Positions 25,557 through 34,173 of a stretch of 64,000 nt of DNA are shown here, one piece after another. Source of the stretch: Coriobacteriales bacterium (lineage in GTDB: Bacteria > Actinomycetota > Coriobacteriia > Coriobacteriales > UBA8131). The stretch covers positions 32,068-96,067 of the forward strand of contig JAISLY010000025.1 of assembly GCA_031277035.1 (NCBI GenBank), given 5' to 3'. The translations under genes were made by a program, and so were the position numbers. Every line of letters starts with the position of its first letter. Positions within the stretch are counted from its first letter, which is position 1. Below the pieces are notes generated by a model. The model had not been told where the DNA came from. It saw only the letters and a list, made by a program, of their open reading frames with translations, and did no database searches.

Positions 25557-26000
25557 TTAGTGCCCATCCCATCCATAGCTCTTTGCTATTTCGAATATAT
25601 GATTAGCGACCTTTTGGTAAGGATGCTCTGGCAAATTATGTATTTCCATCATATTGTCAAATAAAGCCTGCTGATATCGTTTCTGCAGATAAATTGCCAA
25701 GTCTAAATTCTGATCCACTGAAAAAAGTTTATCGAATTCCCCATTTATCATTTGAGTCGTAAGGCTTTGTATCTGATCAAAGAGGCGCCAATCTCTGAGA
25801 GTCGTGAGAAGAAAAAGGAGTCGCATATTAAATACATACGGATCGTCGTTCCCTTTCTGTTGTTCTAACCAACCTATGACATCAAGAAAATATTTAACAT
25901 ACTGTTGCGTCGGAAAATCAGGGCTGTCAGAATAGCTGGGGTCGCTGTTTACCCTTTGAGATGTGTTGAAAACAAACTCGAGTTTCTCTTGGTTTTCCAT
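25557..26000 (-). CDS. Hypothetical protein (AT-rich island gene 1)
   Basis: 147 aa from MENQEKLEF, with a strong GGAGGAATAAT RBS before ATG 26000. I recognise no motif. Confidence 0.6.
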   Translation of the reverse strand: MENQEKLEFVFNTSQRVNSDPSYSDSPDFPTQQYVKYFLDVIGWLEQQKGNDDPYVFNMRLLFLLTTLRDWRLFDQIQSLTTQMINGEFDKLFSVDQNLDLAIYLQKRYQQALFDNMMEIHNLPEHPYQKVANHIFEIAKSYGWDGH

Positions 26001-26826
26001 ATTATTCCTCCATTGATACATTTTTTAGCATTTGCATTATAGTGTTGGCACAAATCATATTAGGATTCTATAAAAATGGTATTTTCATGTTCGCCCCCTT
26101 CCCTCAGTTTGACATCATTACTGAATGCCTAACGGTGATATGTGGGGGGTGGCAATCTCCGAAGCCTTTGTCTGACGACTGAATGCGGAGAAGGACATCC
26201 ACCCTTTAGTCGCCAAACTAATAAGTGACGCATCACGCCATTTATCGGACAGATGTCCTTCTACATACGTGATGCGAACTCTTTGTTGAATTCACTTATT
26301 AGTTTGGCATCTCATAATATACCACATCGTTTCCCATGCGATTGTGAGGATTAACGGATGTGGGAATTAACAGATGCGTTTTTATGCAAAACAGCGGACA
26401 ACTTACGTGCCCACTTTTGCTCAAAGCGGGCGAGGCGTGCGCCTTGATGTCAAGCCAATTATCGGCGGTCGAGAGCACGGTGTCAAAAACGGTGCGCTAT
26501 GCCTCCCCGACCTCCTCGATGTCGGTCTACTCAAGGTAGTCCGCCTCGACGTTCTTCGCGATAATGACAGTCCGCTGTCTGGCGCGTCGGTGCCTGCGGT
26601 GCTATTGAACAGCGTCCTCTTGTAGGTACCGTTAGACCCAACAAGCGCATAACGTCCGCGCTCGTTTATGCAAAAGACCACGTCTCTAAACAACGCGCAC
26701 GGCCCATACATAGGACTTGCTCAGCCCGTCAACCGTAAGAATTAGGATGAGACGTTATTGCAAAAAAGAGCAGGCTCGTTCCCACCGCTTTGCCCATGCA
26801 CATAGAGGTGTCAAACGGGGCGCAGG

Positions 26827-27021
26827 TCAGAAATGATACTTGATGCCGCTTCGCCTCATGATGCCATTTGCCGTATGTCGAGATTTAATCTTGTTATCGA
26901 CCGTGACGTTGACGCCTGAAATCGGACTGAACCAGATGTCGTGATCACCTTTCCCATGCCTGATAAACACGCAGCCATGCTCCCGCAGTTTATCGCGTAC
27001 CTTCTTCTCGTACTCCGCCAT
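26827..27021 (-). CDS. hicA: HicA-family mRNA interferase toxin
   Basis: 64 aa with KLREHGCVFIRHGKGDHDIWFSP (YcfA/HicA-like). Immediately downstream of the hicB-like gene. Confidence 0.8.
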   Translation of the reverse strand: MAEYEKKVRDKLREHGCVFIRHGKGDHDIWFSPISGVNVTVDNKIKSRHTANGIMRRSGIKYHF

Positions 27022-27033
27022 CAGAGCCTGCCA

Positions 27034-27255
27034 TCAGAGGGCAATATGTTCGTGTCGTTCGGAGTAGAAGTGCAGCGCAAAATCACCCTGTTCGGTTCTG
27101 TTGAGACTCAGCAGCTCTGGAACAGCGTGCCGGACGCGCTCCATAAGGGCGTCAAGGGAACCCGCCTCGAGCACGAGCCCCGGAACTTCGTCGCTGGTGG
27201 CAATCCAGACAGCGGCCTCGTTATCCCAGAAAAAACTCACCTTGTATTCGGGCAC
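27034..27255 (-). CDS. hicB: HicB-like antitoxin (DUF1902-type, no obvious DNA-binding domain)
   Basis: YKVSFFWDNEAAVWIATSDEVPGLVLEAGSLDALMERV. Confidence 0.7.
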   Translation of the reverse strand: MPEYKVSFFWDNEAAVWIATSDEVPGLVLEAGSLDALMERVRHAVPELLSLNRTEQGDFALHFYSERHEHIAL

Positions 27256-27417
27256 AGCACACCTCCTGACATCACGTGCCGTCGCGCTCCATCATACCAC
27301 GTCAACAGGTGCCAGGAAGGCGCAGGTCTCAGAGGGTTGCCGGAAGGGAGGAGTAACGCAGCAGGGACGCAGGTGTCAGGGGACGCAGGTGTCAGGGGAC
27401 GCCCCCCCCCTGGCAAC

Positions 27418-28662
27418 CTAGTCGACGATAAAGCGGTACAGCTCCTCTGAGAAATCCTCGCCTTTCATCAGCCGCGCGATTTCCTGCGCTCTTTGTCGGT
27501 ATGCGTTGTTGTCGAACAGCTCGCGAACCGCTGCCTTCAACCTGCCCTCGTTAAAGTCGCCGATGCGAAACCCCCGAAGGCCAGCTCCTGCCCTGTGGAC
27601 GAGAGCGCCCCACATCGGCTGGTCAAGGACATGCGGAATAGCCATCATCGCGCAGCCCGCCTTCAGCGAGGACTGCGTGGTCCCTGCCCCGCCGTGGTGG
27701 ATGGTCGCGTACATATGAGGGAGTATCCCGTCATAGGGCACCGAGCGAGTGAAGTGCACCAGCGACCGGTCGTACTGTGCAGGCTCTACAAGGCCTCCGC
27801 TGGAGCTGTTGATGACCGCAGGGATACCGCACTGCGCAAGCACCTGTAAAAACGTCGCCGTCTTGCCAACAGGGTCGGGGTTGAGCATGCTGCCAAAGGT
27901 GATGAAGAGAATCTTTTCGTGCGCATCGATGAAGTCCTGAAGCGCAGGCGGCGGCTGCCAGCCAGAGGCCTGGTCGCGCTCCCAGAACCCTGCGACCATC
28001 GTGTTGTCCGGCCAGGAGCTGGGCTTTGGGAAAAGCGTGGGAGAGACCACGTAGACGTTCTTCGCCGCTGTAAGCGCACCGAGCAGCCGTTGTCTCGAAA
28101 GAGGGGTCTTGGAGTACCGCTCGGCGGCAGGCATGAAGGTCGAGGCAATCCAGGAGTTAGCGACGCGATAGGTCAGGGGGTTCAGGATGCCAAGACTCCT
28201 GCTAAAGCCGACGCTTGGATAGCCTGGCACCGTGTGGAGGAAGTGCGGCACCGTGGAGAGCAGGATGGCACGCCCACCCGTGTTGAGGGACCAGATGAGC
28301 GGGTAGGTCGCCTGGTTATGGAAGATGATGCAATCCGGTCGCACCTGCTCGACGGCTTCGCATTGCAAATCCAGCATGTCGGTGAGGCCACGCGTCCTTA
28401 CCGCTACCTCCCGTTTTGCCAAAAACCGCTTGATGGCGCTGCTGGTGCCACCCATGGCAAAGCGGCCAATCCCGCCTTCCAGCAGATCGATGTAGCTGGT
28501 ACCCAGCGAAAAGAAGGAGAAGCCAGACGCTTCGGCAAGGCCACGGTACTGTTCGGGAAAGGCACAGAAGGCATCCTCGCCGCGCGCTCTGAGCATCATT
28601 CCGACGCCGAGGAACGGCTCACAGTCCCCACGTGTGCCGACCGACATCAACAGTATCCTCAT
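27418..28662 (-). CDS. GT1-family (MGT/UDP-glycosyltransferase-like) glycosyltransferase
   Basis: MRILLMSVGTRGDCEPFLGVG at the N-terminus and HHGGAGTTQSSLKAGCAMMAIPHVLDQPMWG at the C-terminus. The 75-codon upstream extension in the track ORF is unlikely to be translated. Confidence 0.8.
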   Translation of the reverse strand: MRILLMSVGTRGDCEPFLGVGMMLRARGEDAFCAFPEQYRGLAEASGFSFFSLGTSYIDLLEGGIGRFAMGGTSSAIKRFLAKREVAVRTRGLTDMLDLQCEAVEQVRPDCIIFHNQATYPLIWSLNTGGRAILLSTVPHFLHTVPGYPSVGFSRSLGILNPLTYRVANSWIASTFMPAAERYSKTPLSRQRLLGALTAAKNVYVVSPTLFPKPSSWPDNTMVAGFWERDQASGWQPPPALQDFIDAHEKILFITFGSMLNPDPVGKTATFLQVLAQCGIPAVINSSSGGLVEPAQYDRSLVHFTRSVPYDGILPHMYATIHHGGAGTTQSSLKAGCAMMAIPHVLDQPMWGALVHRAGAGLRGFRIGDFNEGRLKAAVRELFDNNAYRQRAQEIARLMKGEDFSEELYRFIVD

Positions 28663-28772
28663 ACATCGCTCCTTCCTGACCTTCTGTAGCGGGCAACAGA
28701 CGAGCCATAGTGAGCCACAGGGGTGGGAACGTGGGGACAGAACATGCGTATCCGAGTTGACAATCCCCCGGC

Positions 28773-29699
28773 TTACTCCAGCGCGGCGCGTATGGGGGAA
28801 AGCCAGGCAGAAAGATCGGCGGCAGCCGTGGCGGGCGAAGCGCCGATGCGTTGCACGATGGCGCTGCCGATGATCACCCCGTCGCACAGCGCAGCCAGCT
28901 CACGGGCCTGCTTGGGCGTATGCACGCCAAACCCAACGGCAATCGGCACGTCACTGACCGCCCGCACCGCCGCGATAATCGGCCTGAGATCGGTCGTGAT
29001 ACTCTCGCGCACGCCCGTGACGCCCAGCGAGGAGACCAGATAGAGAAAGCCGCGCGCCTCGCGGGCTATTCTGGCAACCCGCGCTTCGGAGGTCGGCGCG
29101 AGCATGGAGATCAGCTCAAGGCCATGCGCACGCACAAAGGGCTCCATCTCCCCCTTCTCCTCAAAGGGCAGATCCGGGACGATAATGCCATCGACCCCCG
29201 CCTGCTCACAGTCTGCAAAAAAGGCTTCGTAGCCGTAGTGAAAGACCGGGTTGAGATAGGTCATGAAGACCAGGGGCAGCTGGGTACGCGCACGCAGACG
29301 CCGCGCCAGCGCGATGCAGTCGCCTATCGTTGTGCCCGATGCCAGCGCGCGCAGACTGGCCTGCTGGATGATAGGCCCCTCGGCAATGGGGTCGGAGAAG
29401 GGGATGCCAATCTCGATAAGATCGACGCCGGCCTTCTCCAGAGCGGCTACATATTCCTCGGTACGCGCAAGCGAGGGGTCGCCCGCCGTGAGAAAGGCAA
29501 TGAGCGCCTTGTGCTCGGCAAAGGCGCCCGCTATTCGAGAAGATGCTGGTGTGACGGGGGCGCCGGGGGCGCCTGGTGTGCCCGTTGCGCCTGGTGTGCC
29601 TGGTGTGCCTGGTGTGCCTGGTGTGTCCGTTGCGCCTGGGGCGTCTGGTGTGCCTGGTGCGCCTGGTGTGCCTGGTGTGCCGTTTGCCACACTACTCAT
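28773..29699 (-). CDS. trpA: Tryptophan synthase alpha chain with a roughly 45-aa G/T/P-rich N-terminal extension
   Basis: [27 protein letters not shown] and [13 protein letters not shown] 29699 overlaps the trpB stop. Confidence 0.9.
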   Translation of the reverse strand: MSSVANGTPGTPGAPGTPDAPGATDTPGTPGTPGTPGATGTPGAPGAPVTPASSRIAGAFAEHKALIAFLTAGDPSLARTEEYVAALEKAGVDLIEIGIPFSDPIAEGPIIQQASLRALASGTTIGDCIALARRLRARTQLPLVFMTYLNPVFHYGYEAFFADCEQAGVDGIIVPDLPFEEKGEMEPFVRAHGLELISMLAPTSEARVARIAREARGFLYLVSSLGVTGVRESITTDLRPIIAAVRAVSDVPIAVGFGVHTPKQARELAALCDGVIIGSAIVQRIGASPATAAADLSAWLSPIRAALE

Positions 29700-30876
29700 G
29701 AATGCTCCTTCCCCGATAGCGGGCAATCGCCGCCACATCCTTATCACCGCGTCCGCTCAGACAGATGATGACGCTCGTATCCTTGGGCAGACGAGGGACA
29801 AGCGTCAGCGCGTGGGCAAGCGCGTGGGCACTCTCGATGGCGCAGATGATGCCCTCGCTGTGCGCCAGATATTCAAAGGCACACACCGCCTCCTCGTCAG
29901 TGATTGGCACGTACTCGGCTCGGCCGCTTTGGTGCAGCCAGGCGTGTTCGGGGCCGATGCCCGGATAGTCGAGCCCAGCGGAGATGGAGTAAACCGGGGC
30001 AATCTGGCCGTCCGCATCCTGACAGAAGTAGGACTTCATGCCATGAAAGACCCCCTCTGCGCCCGTTGCGATGGTGGCGGCGTGCTGCCCTGTCTCGATG
30101 CCCCGCCCGGCCGCTTCACAGCCGATGAGACGCACGTCCGCATCGGGGATGAAGTGATAAAAGCTGCCGATGGCGTTGCTCCCACCGCCGACGCAGGCGA
30201 GCACCGCGGCGGGCAGGCAGCCTTCGCACGCAAGAATCTGCGCACGCGCCTCGGCGCTGATGACCGCCTGAAAGTCGCGCACCATCGTCGGAAAGGGATG
30301 CGGCCCCATCACCGATCCAAGCACGTAATGCGTATCGTCCACACGGCTTACCCATTCGCGCATGGCTTCGTTCACCGCGTCCTTCAGGGTTGCGGTGCCG
30401 CTGGTCACCGTGTGGACCTTCGCGCCGAGCAGCTCCATGCGATAGACGTTGAGCGCCTGGCGCTCGGTGTCCTCACGACCCATGAAGACCTCACACTCAA
30501 GGCCGAGCAGAGCCGCCGCCGTTGCCGCCGCAACACCGTGCTGACCAGCGCCCGTCTCGGCGATGACGCGTGTCTTGTTGCGTCGTTTTGCGAGCAGGGC
30601 CTGTCCCAGCACGTTGTTAATCTTATGCGAGCCCGTGTGGTTGAGGTCCTCACGTTTGAGATACACCTTCGCGCCACCGAGCTCACGCGTCATTTTCTCG
30701 GCAAAATAAAGCAGCGAGGGCCGGTTGGCATAGGTGTTGAACAGGGTGGTGAGCTCTGCCTGGAAGTCGGGGTCGCGCTTTGACGCCTCATAGGCGGCCT
30801 CCAGCGCATACAGTTCGCTCATCAGGGTCTCAGGGATATACTGGCCCCCAAAGTCTCCGAAGCGTCCTTTTGTCAT
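29692..30876 (-). CDS. trpB: Tryptophan synthase beta chain
   Basis: [29 protein letters not shown] and GGGSNAIG. Confidence 0.95.
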   Translation of the reverse strand: MTKGRFGDFGGQYIPETLMSELYALEAAYEASKRDPDFQAELTTLFNTYANRPSLLYFAEKMTRELGGAKVYLKREDLNHTGSHKINNVLGQALLAKRRNKTRVIAETGAGQHGVAAATAAALLGLECEVFMGREDTERQALNVYRMELLGAKVHTVTSGTATLKDAVNEAMREWVSRVDDTHYVLGSVMGPHPFPTMVRDFQAVISAEARAQILACEGCLPAAVLACVGGGSNAIGSFYHFIPDADVRLIGCEAAGRGIETGQHAATIATGAEGVFHGMKSYFCQDADGQIAPVYSISAGLDYPGIGPEHAWLHQSGRAEYVPITDEEAVCAFEYLAHSEGIICAIESAHALAHALTLVPRLPKDTSVIICLSGRGDKDVAAIARYRGRSIHE

Positions 30877-31643
30877 GCCTGCCTCACTCTCTTTACCAGC
30901 TCGTTTATCTTCTGCGAATCCTTCACGCCGTCCGTCTCGGCCCCGCTGCTCACGTCGATGCAGTACGGCTTCAGTTCCAGCGCCTCCTCGATGTTTCCAA
31001 GCCCGATGCCACCCGCAAGAAAATAGGGGCGTCGGATGCCCGCAAGACAGCTCCAGTCAAAAGTTCGCCCGCTCCCCGGTTCGCGATAGTCGAACAGCGG
31101 GTAGTCGACCTCGTCGGCAATGTGGAGAAGGTCAGTTGACAAAGGGGACGGTTGAGTTGACAAAGGGGACGGTTGCGTCTGAGGGCGGCTGCGAGTTGAC
31201 AAAGGGGACGGTTCCAAATTGTCAACTTTTTCCAGATGCTTTGCGACTCCATGACCGCACTCAAAAAGTTGACAATTTGGAACCGTCCCCTTTGTCAACT
31301 CAACCGCCACGGCTCGGATGATGGTCAGGTTCGCTCCGCAGCGCTGCCTGAGTTCGCCTATCTGCTCAGGCTGCCAGGCGCCGTGTAGCTGCGCCGCCGC
31401 AAAGAGTCCCCGGTCGTAGAGTTCGGCGATGCGCTCAGGAGCCTCCTCAACAAAGACGCCCACCGACACGATGCGCTCGTCAAGCTGTGCCCGCAGCGAA
31501 GCGGCGTGCTCGGGCGTCACGCGGCGTGTGCTGGGGGCAAAGACAAAGCCCACGTAGTCTGGCAAGGCCCGGTTGACCGCCGCGACATCCGCCTCGCGAA
31601 AAATCCCGCATATCTTGATGCGCGTCGTATGCGTCGTGCTCAT
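30873..31643 (-). CDS. trpF: Phosphoribosylanthranilate isomerase, carrying an in-frame REP-like insertion
   Basis: [24 protein letters not shown] and [11 protein letters not shown]. Operon position between trpC and trpB. Residues [17 protein letters not shown]...PSPLSTD come from the repeat element. Confidence 0.85.
   Translation of the reverse strand: MSTTHTTRIKICGIFREADVAAVNRALPDYVGFVFAPSTRRVTPEHAASLRAQLDERIVSVGVFVEEAPERIAELYDRGLFAAAQLHGAWQPEQIGELRQRCGANLTIIRAVAVELTKGTVPNCQLFECGHGVAKHLEKVDNLEPSPLSTRSRPQTQPSPLSTQPSPLSTDLLHIADEVDYPLFDYREPGSGRTFDWSCLAGIRRPYFLAGGIGLGNIEEALELKPYCIDVSSGAETDGVKDSQKINELVKRVRQA
31135..31300. mobile_element. REP/MITE-like palindromic element inside trpF
   Basis: Three gttgacaaaggggacgg motifs, then the long inverted arms gttgacaaaggggacggttccaaattgtcaacttttt / aaaaagttgacaatttggaaccgtcccctttgtcaac around a 31-bp core. 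It has the same core motif as the repeats flanking the Y1 transposase. Confidence 0.8.
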
Positions 31644-32542
31644 CGGCTGGCCTCACGCATCTGGGCAAGCAGGGCGTCGCGGTTCTTTGAGCGCATCAGC
31701 GTCTCACCAATGAGCACCGCGTCAACTCCGGCGCGGGCGAGCAGCGCCACATCATCAGCGGTGCGGATGCCGCTCTCCGCGACATAGAGCACATCGCCTG
31801 GCACCACCTCGCGCAGCCTGACACTCAGCGACAGGTCGACTTCAAAGCTGTGAAGGTCGCGATTGTTCACGCCCACAATGCCCGCACCCGCAGCAAGCGC
31901 ACGCTCAAGCTCCTCCCTGGTGTGCGCCTCCACAAGCGCGTCCATGCCCAGGCTGTGGGCGCAGGCGATAAAGGCCGCCAGCTGCTCGTCGCTGAGCAGA
32001 GCAACGATGAGCAGCACCGCCGCCGCCCCGAGCGAGGCCGCCTCGTGTATCTGGTACGCGTCGATGATGAAGTCCTTGCGCAGCGCCGGTATGCGCAGCG
32101 CCGCCGCAATTTCGGCGAGATAGCGCGGTGCACCCTGAAAGAAGTTGGGCTCGGTGAGCACACTGATGGCGGCAGCGCCTGCCTCCTCGTAGGAGCGGGC
32201 GATGCCGAGATGGTCAAAGTCCTCGGCGATAATGCCCTTGGATGGCGATGCCTTCTTTACCTCGCAGATGAAGGACAGCTCCGGCGCGGCAAGAGCCGCG
32301 GCAAAAGGCCGCAAAGCAGGCGGTTGAGTTGACAAAGGGGACGGTTGCGTCTGAGGGCGGCTGCGAGTTGACAAAGGGGACGGGTACAAATTGTCAACTT
32401 TTTGAGTGCGGTCATGGAGTCGCAAAGCATCTGGAAAAAGTTGACAATTTGGAACCGTCCCCTTTGTCAACTCGCCCGCCTGCTTTGCGGCCTCAACACG
32501 ACGATAGGTATCGGCTACTATCTTCTCCAGGATGCTGTGCAT
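31640..32542 (-). CDS. trpC: Indole-3-glycerol-phosphate synthase, carrying an in-frame REP-like insertion near the N-terminus
   Basis: FICEVKKASPSKGII, ISVLTEPNFFQG, LRKDFIID and GVNNRDL. Residues [17 protein letters not shown]...PSPLSTQP come from the repeat element. Confidence 0.85.
   Translation of the reverse strand: MHSILEKIVADTYRRVEAAKQAGELTKGTVPNCQLFPDALRLHDRTQKVDNLYPSPLSTRSRPQTQPSPLSTQPPALRPFAAALAAPELSFICEVKKASPSKGIIAEDFDHLGIARSYEEAGAAAISVLTEPNFFQGAPRYLAEIAAALRIPALRKDFIIDAYQIHEAASLGAAAVLLIVALLSDEQLAAFIACAHSLGMDALVEAHTREELERALAAGAGIVGVNNRDLHSFEVDLSLSVRLREVVPGDVLYVAESGIRTADDVALLARAGVDAVLIGETLMRSKNRDALLAQMREASR
32321..32471. mobile_element. REP/MITE-like palindromic element inside trpC
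   Basis: Near-identical to 31135..31300 except for one fewer leading motif and an inverted 31-bp core. Confidence 0.8.
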
Positions 32543-32557
32543 GAACCTGCTCCGTCC

Positions 32558-33565
32558 TCACTCGTTTGACAGTGCGATAAAGCGCTCGAGCTGCGCCAGG
32601 GCAGCCCCGCTGTCCAGTTGCTCGGCGGCGATTGCGGCTGCCTCCATCAGACTCAACTCCGGCCGGGCAACAAAGATGGCCGCTGCCGAGTTCATCACCA
32701 CGGCGTTGCGCTTTGCACCCTGCTCACCGCTCAGGATAGCGCGGGTGATGGCGGCGTTCTCCTCGGGTGTTCCCCCCACCAACTCCGATTTGGCACAGCG
32801 CGCAAAGCCAAAATCCTCTGGGTGAATATCGTAACTCTTAAAGCGTCCATCGCGCACCTCGCACACGCTCGTCGCGGCGCTCATCGAAAGTTCATCCAGA
32901 CCATCCTGCCCGTAGACGACCAGCGCGTCGCGCACCCCAAGCTTACTGAGCACCTGCGCAAGCGGCTCAACCAAATCCTCCTCGTAGACGCCAAGCAACT
33001 CACGGTTCGCGCCGGCCGGGTTTACCAGGGGCCCAAGGATGTTAAAGATTGTGCGGATGCCAAGTTCGCGACGCACGGGCGCAACATACTTCATGGCGAT
33101 GTGATAGTTCTGCGCGAAAAGGAAGCAGAGTTTGATGGAGCGCAGCAGCTCCAGGCTTTTCTCCGGAGACACCGTGATGTCCACGCCGAGGGCCTCCAGC
33201 ACGTCCGCTGCGCCGGAAAGCGAGGTCGCGGCGCGATTGCCGTGTTTGGCAACCGGGATGCCCGCCGCGCTGATAACGAGGGCCGAGGTTGTGGAGATGT
33301 TAAAGGAGTGCGCCTCATCACCACCGGTGCCAACAATCTCAAGCACATCCATGTCATGCAGCAGACGGATACAATGCGAGCGCATGCCCGCCGCCGAGCC
33401 GGTTATCTCGTCGATGGTCTCGCCTTTGACCGCCATCGCTGTCAGATAGGCCGCCATCTGGATGTCGCTTGCCTCACCGCTCATGATCTCGTCCATCACC
33501 TGCTCAGCCAGGTCGTAGCCGATGTCCTCGCGGTTTATCGCCTTTCTCAACGCCTCGGTTATCAT
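32558..33565 (-). CDS. trpD: Anthranilate phosphoribosyltransferase
   Basis: VGTGGDEAHSFNISTTSALV, KHGNRAATS and FNILGPLVNPA. Confidence 0.9.
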   Translation of the reverse strand: MITEALRKAINREDIGYDLAEQVMDEIMSGEASDIQMAAYLTAMAVKGETIDEITGSAAGMRSHCIRLLHDMDVLEIVGTGGDEAHSFNISTTSALVISAAGIPVAKHGNRAATSLSGAADVLEALGVDITVSPEKSLELLRSIKLCFLFAQNYHIAMKYVAPVRRELGIRTIFNILGPLVNPAGANRELLGVYEEDLVEPLAQVLSKLGVRDALVVYGQDGLDELSMSAATSVCEVRDGRFKSYDIHPEDFGFARCAKSELVGGTPEENAAITRAILSGEQGAKRNAVVMNSAAAIFVARPELSLMEAAAIAAEQLDSGAALAQLERFIALSNE

Positions 33566-34173
33566 TGCTGACCTCCCTGTTCGCTTGCTCCTGAAACCTC
33601 TGTAAGGCTCAGGAAGTTGCCCATTATCTTCTTTCCCTGTGGGGTGAGTATCGATTCAGGATGAAACTGCAGGCCAAAGACCGCAAAACTGCGATGCTCA
33701 ACGGCCATCACCTCGCCGGTGGCCGTTTGAGCGGTAACGCGCAGCTCGTGGGGTATGGTCGCGGGGTCGGCCACCAGGGAGTGGTAGCGTGCGCCCTCCA
33801 GCTGCCCCTGTGGGCTCAGGCCCGCAAAGAGTCGTGCGTCTGGCTCGAGCAGCATGGTCGAGGCCTTACCGTGCATCAGGCGCTCGGCGTAGACAATCCG
33901 TGCGCCAAAGGCCTGGCAGATGGCCTGATGTCCAAGGCATACCCCGAGCAGGGCAATGCGTCCGGAGAAGGCCCTGATGACCTCGGGGCACACACCCGCG
34001 TCCTCCGGACGCCCCGGGCCGGGTGAGAGAATGATATGCGTGGGCGCAAGCGCGTCAATCTCCTCCAGCCCTATCGCATCGTTTCGCACCACGCGGATGT
34101 CTGGCTCAAAGGTGCCCAGCATCTGGTAGAGGTTATAGGTAAAGCTGTCGTAGTTGTCAATGATGAGAATCAC
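33562..34173 (-). CDS. trpG: Anthranilate synthase component II (glutamine amidotransferase)
   Basis: ILIIDNYDSFTYNLYQ, GVCLGHQAI and QFHPES. The GTG start overlaps the trpE stop (GTGA). Confidence 0.9.
   Translation of the reverse strand: MILIIDNYDSFTYNLYQMLGTFEPDIRVVRNDAIGLEEIDALAPTHIILSPGPGRPEDAGVCPEVIRAFSGRIALLGVCLGHQAICQAFGARIVYAERLMHGKASTMLLEPDARLFAGLSPQGQLEGARYHSLVADPATIPHELRVTAQTATGEVMAVEHRSFAVFGLQFHPESILTPQGKKIMGNFLSLTEVSGASEQGGQQ

Noticed and set aside
26374-26711. Overlapping ORFs 26374..26625 (+) and 26421..26711 (-) in a GC-richer patch of the island leader; a shifted minus frame reads ...IIAKNVEADYLE*TDIEEVGEA*RTVFDTVLSTADNWLDIKAH...
   Set aside because: The protein-like reading is interrupted by stops and frame changes, so at best it is a gene fragment. 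I could not assign it to a family and do not call it a feature.
28663-28887. N-terminal extensions of several track ORFs (GT1 to 28887, trpA to 29747, trpE to 36011, PEP enzyme to 19319, AAA+ gene to 55838, hppA to 22380, truB to 43876)
   Set aside because: The extensions are Arg/Cys/His-rich and lack RBSs, and some overlap upstream genes or the T-box terminator. Internal ATG codons with good Shine-Dalgarno sequences coincide with the start of homology-like sequence.
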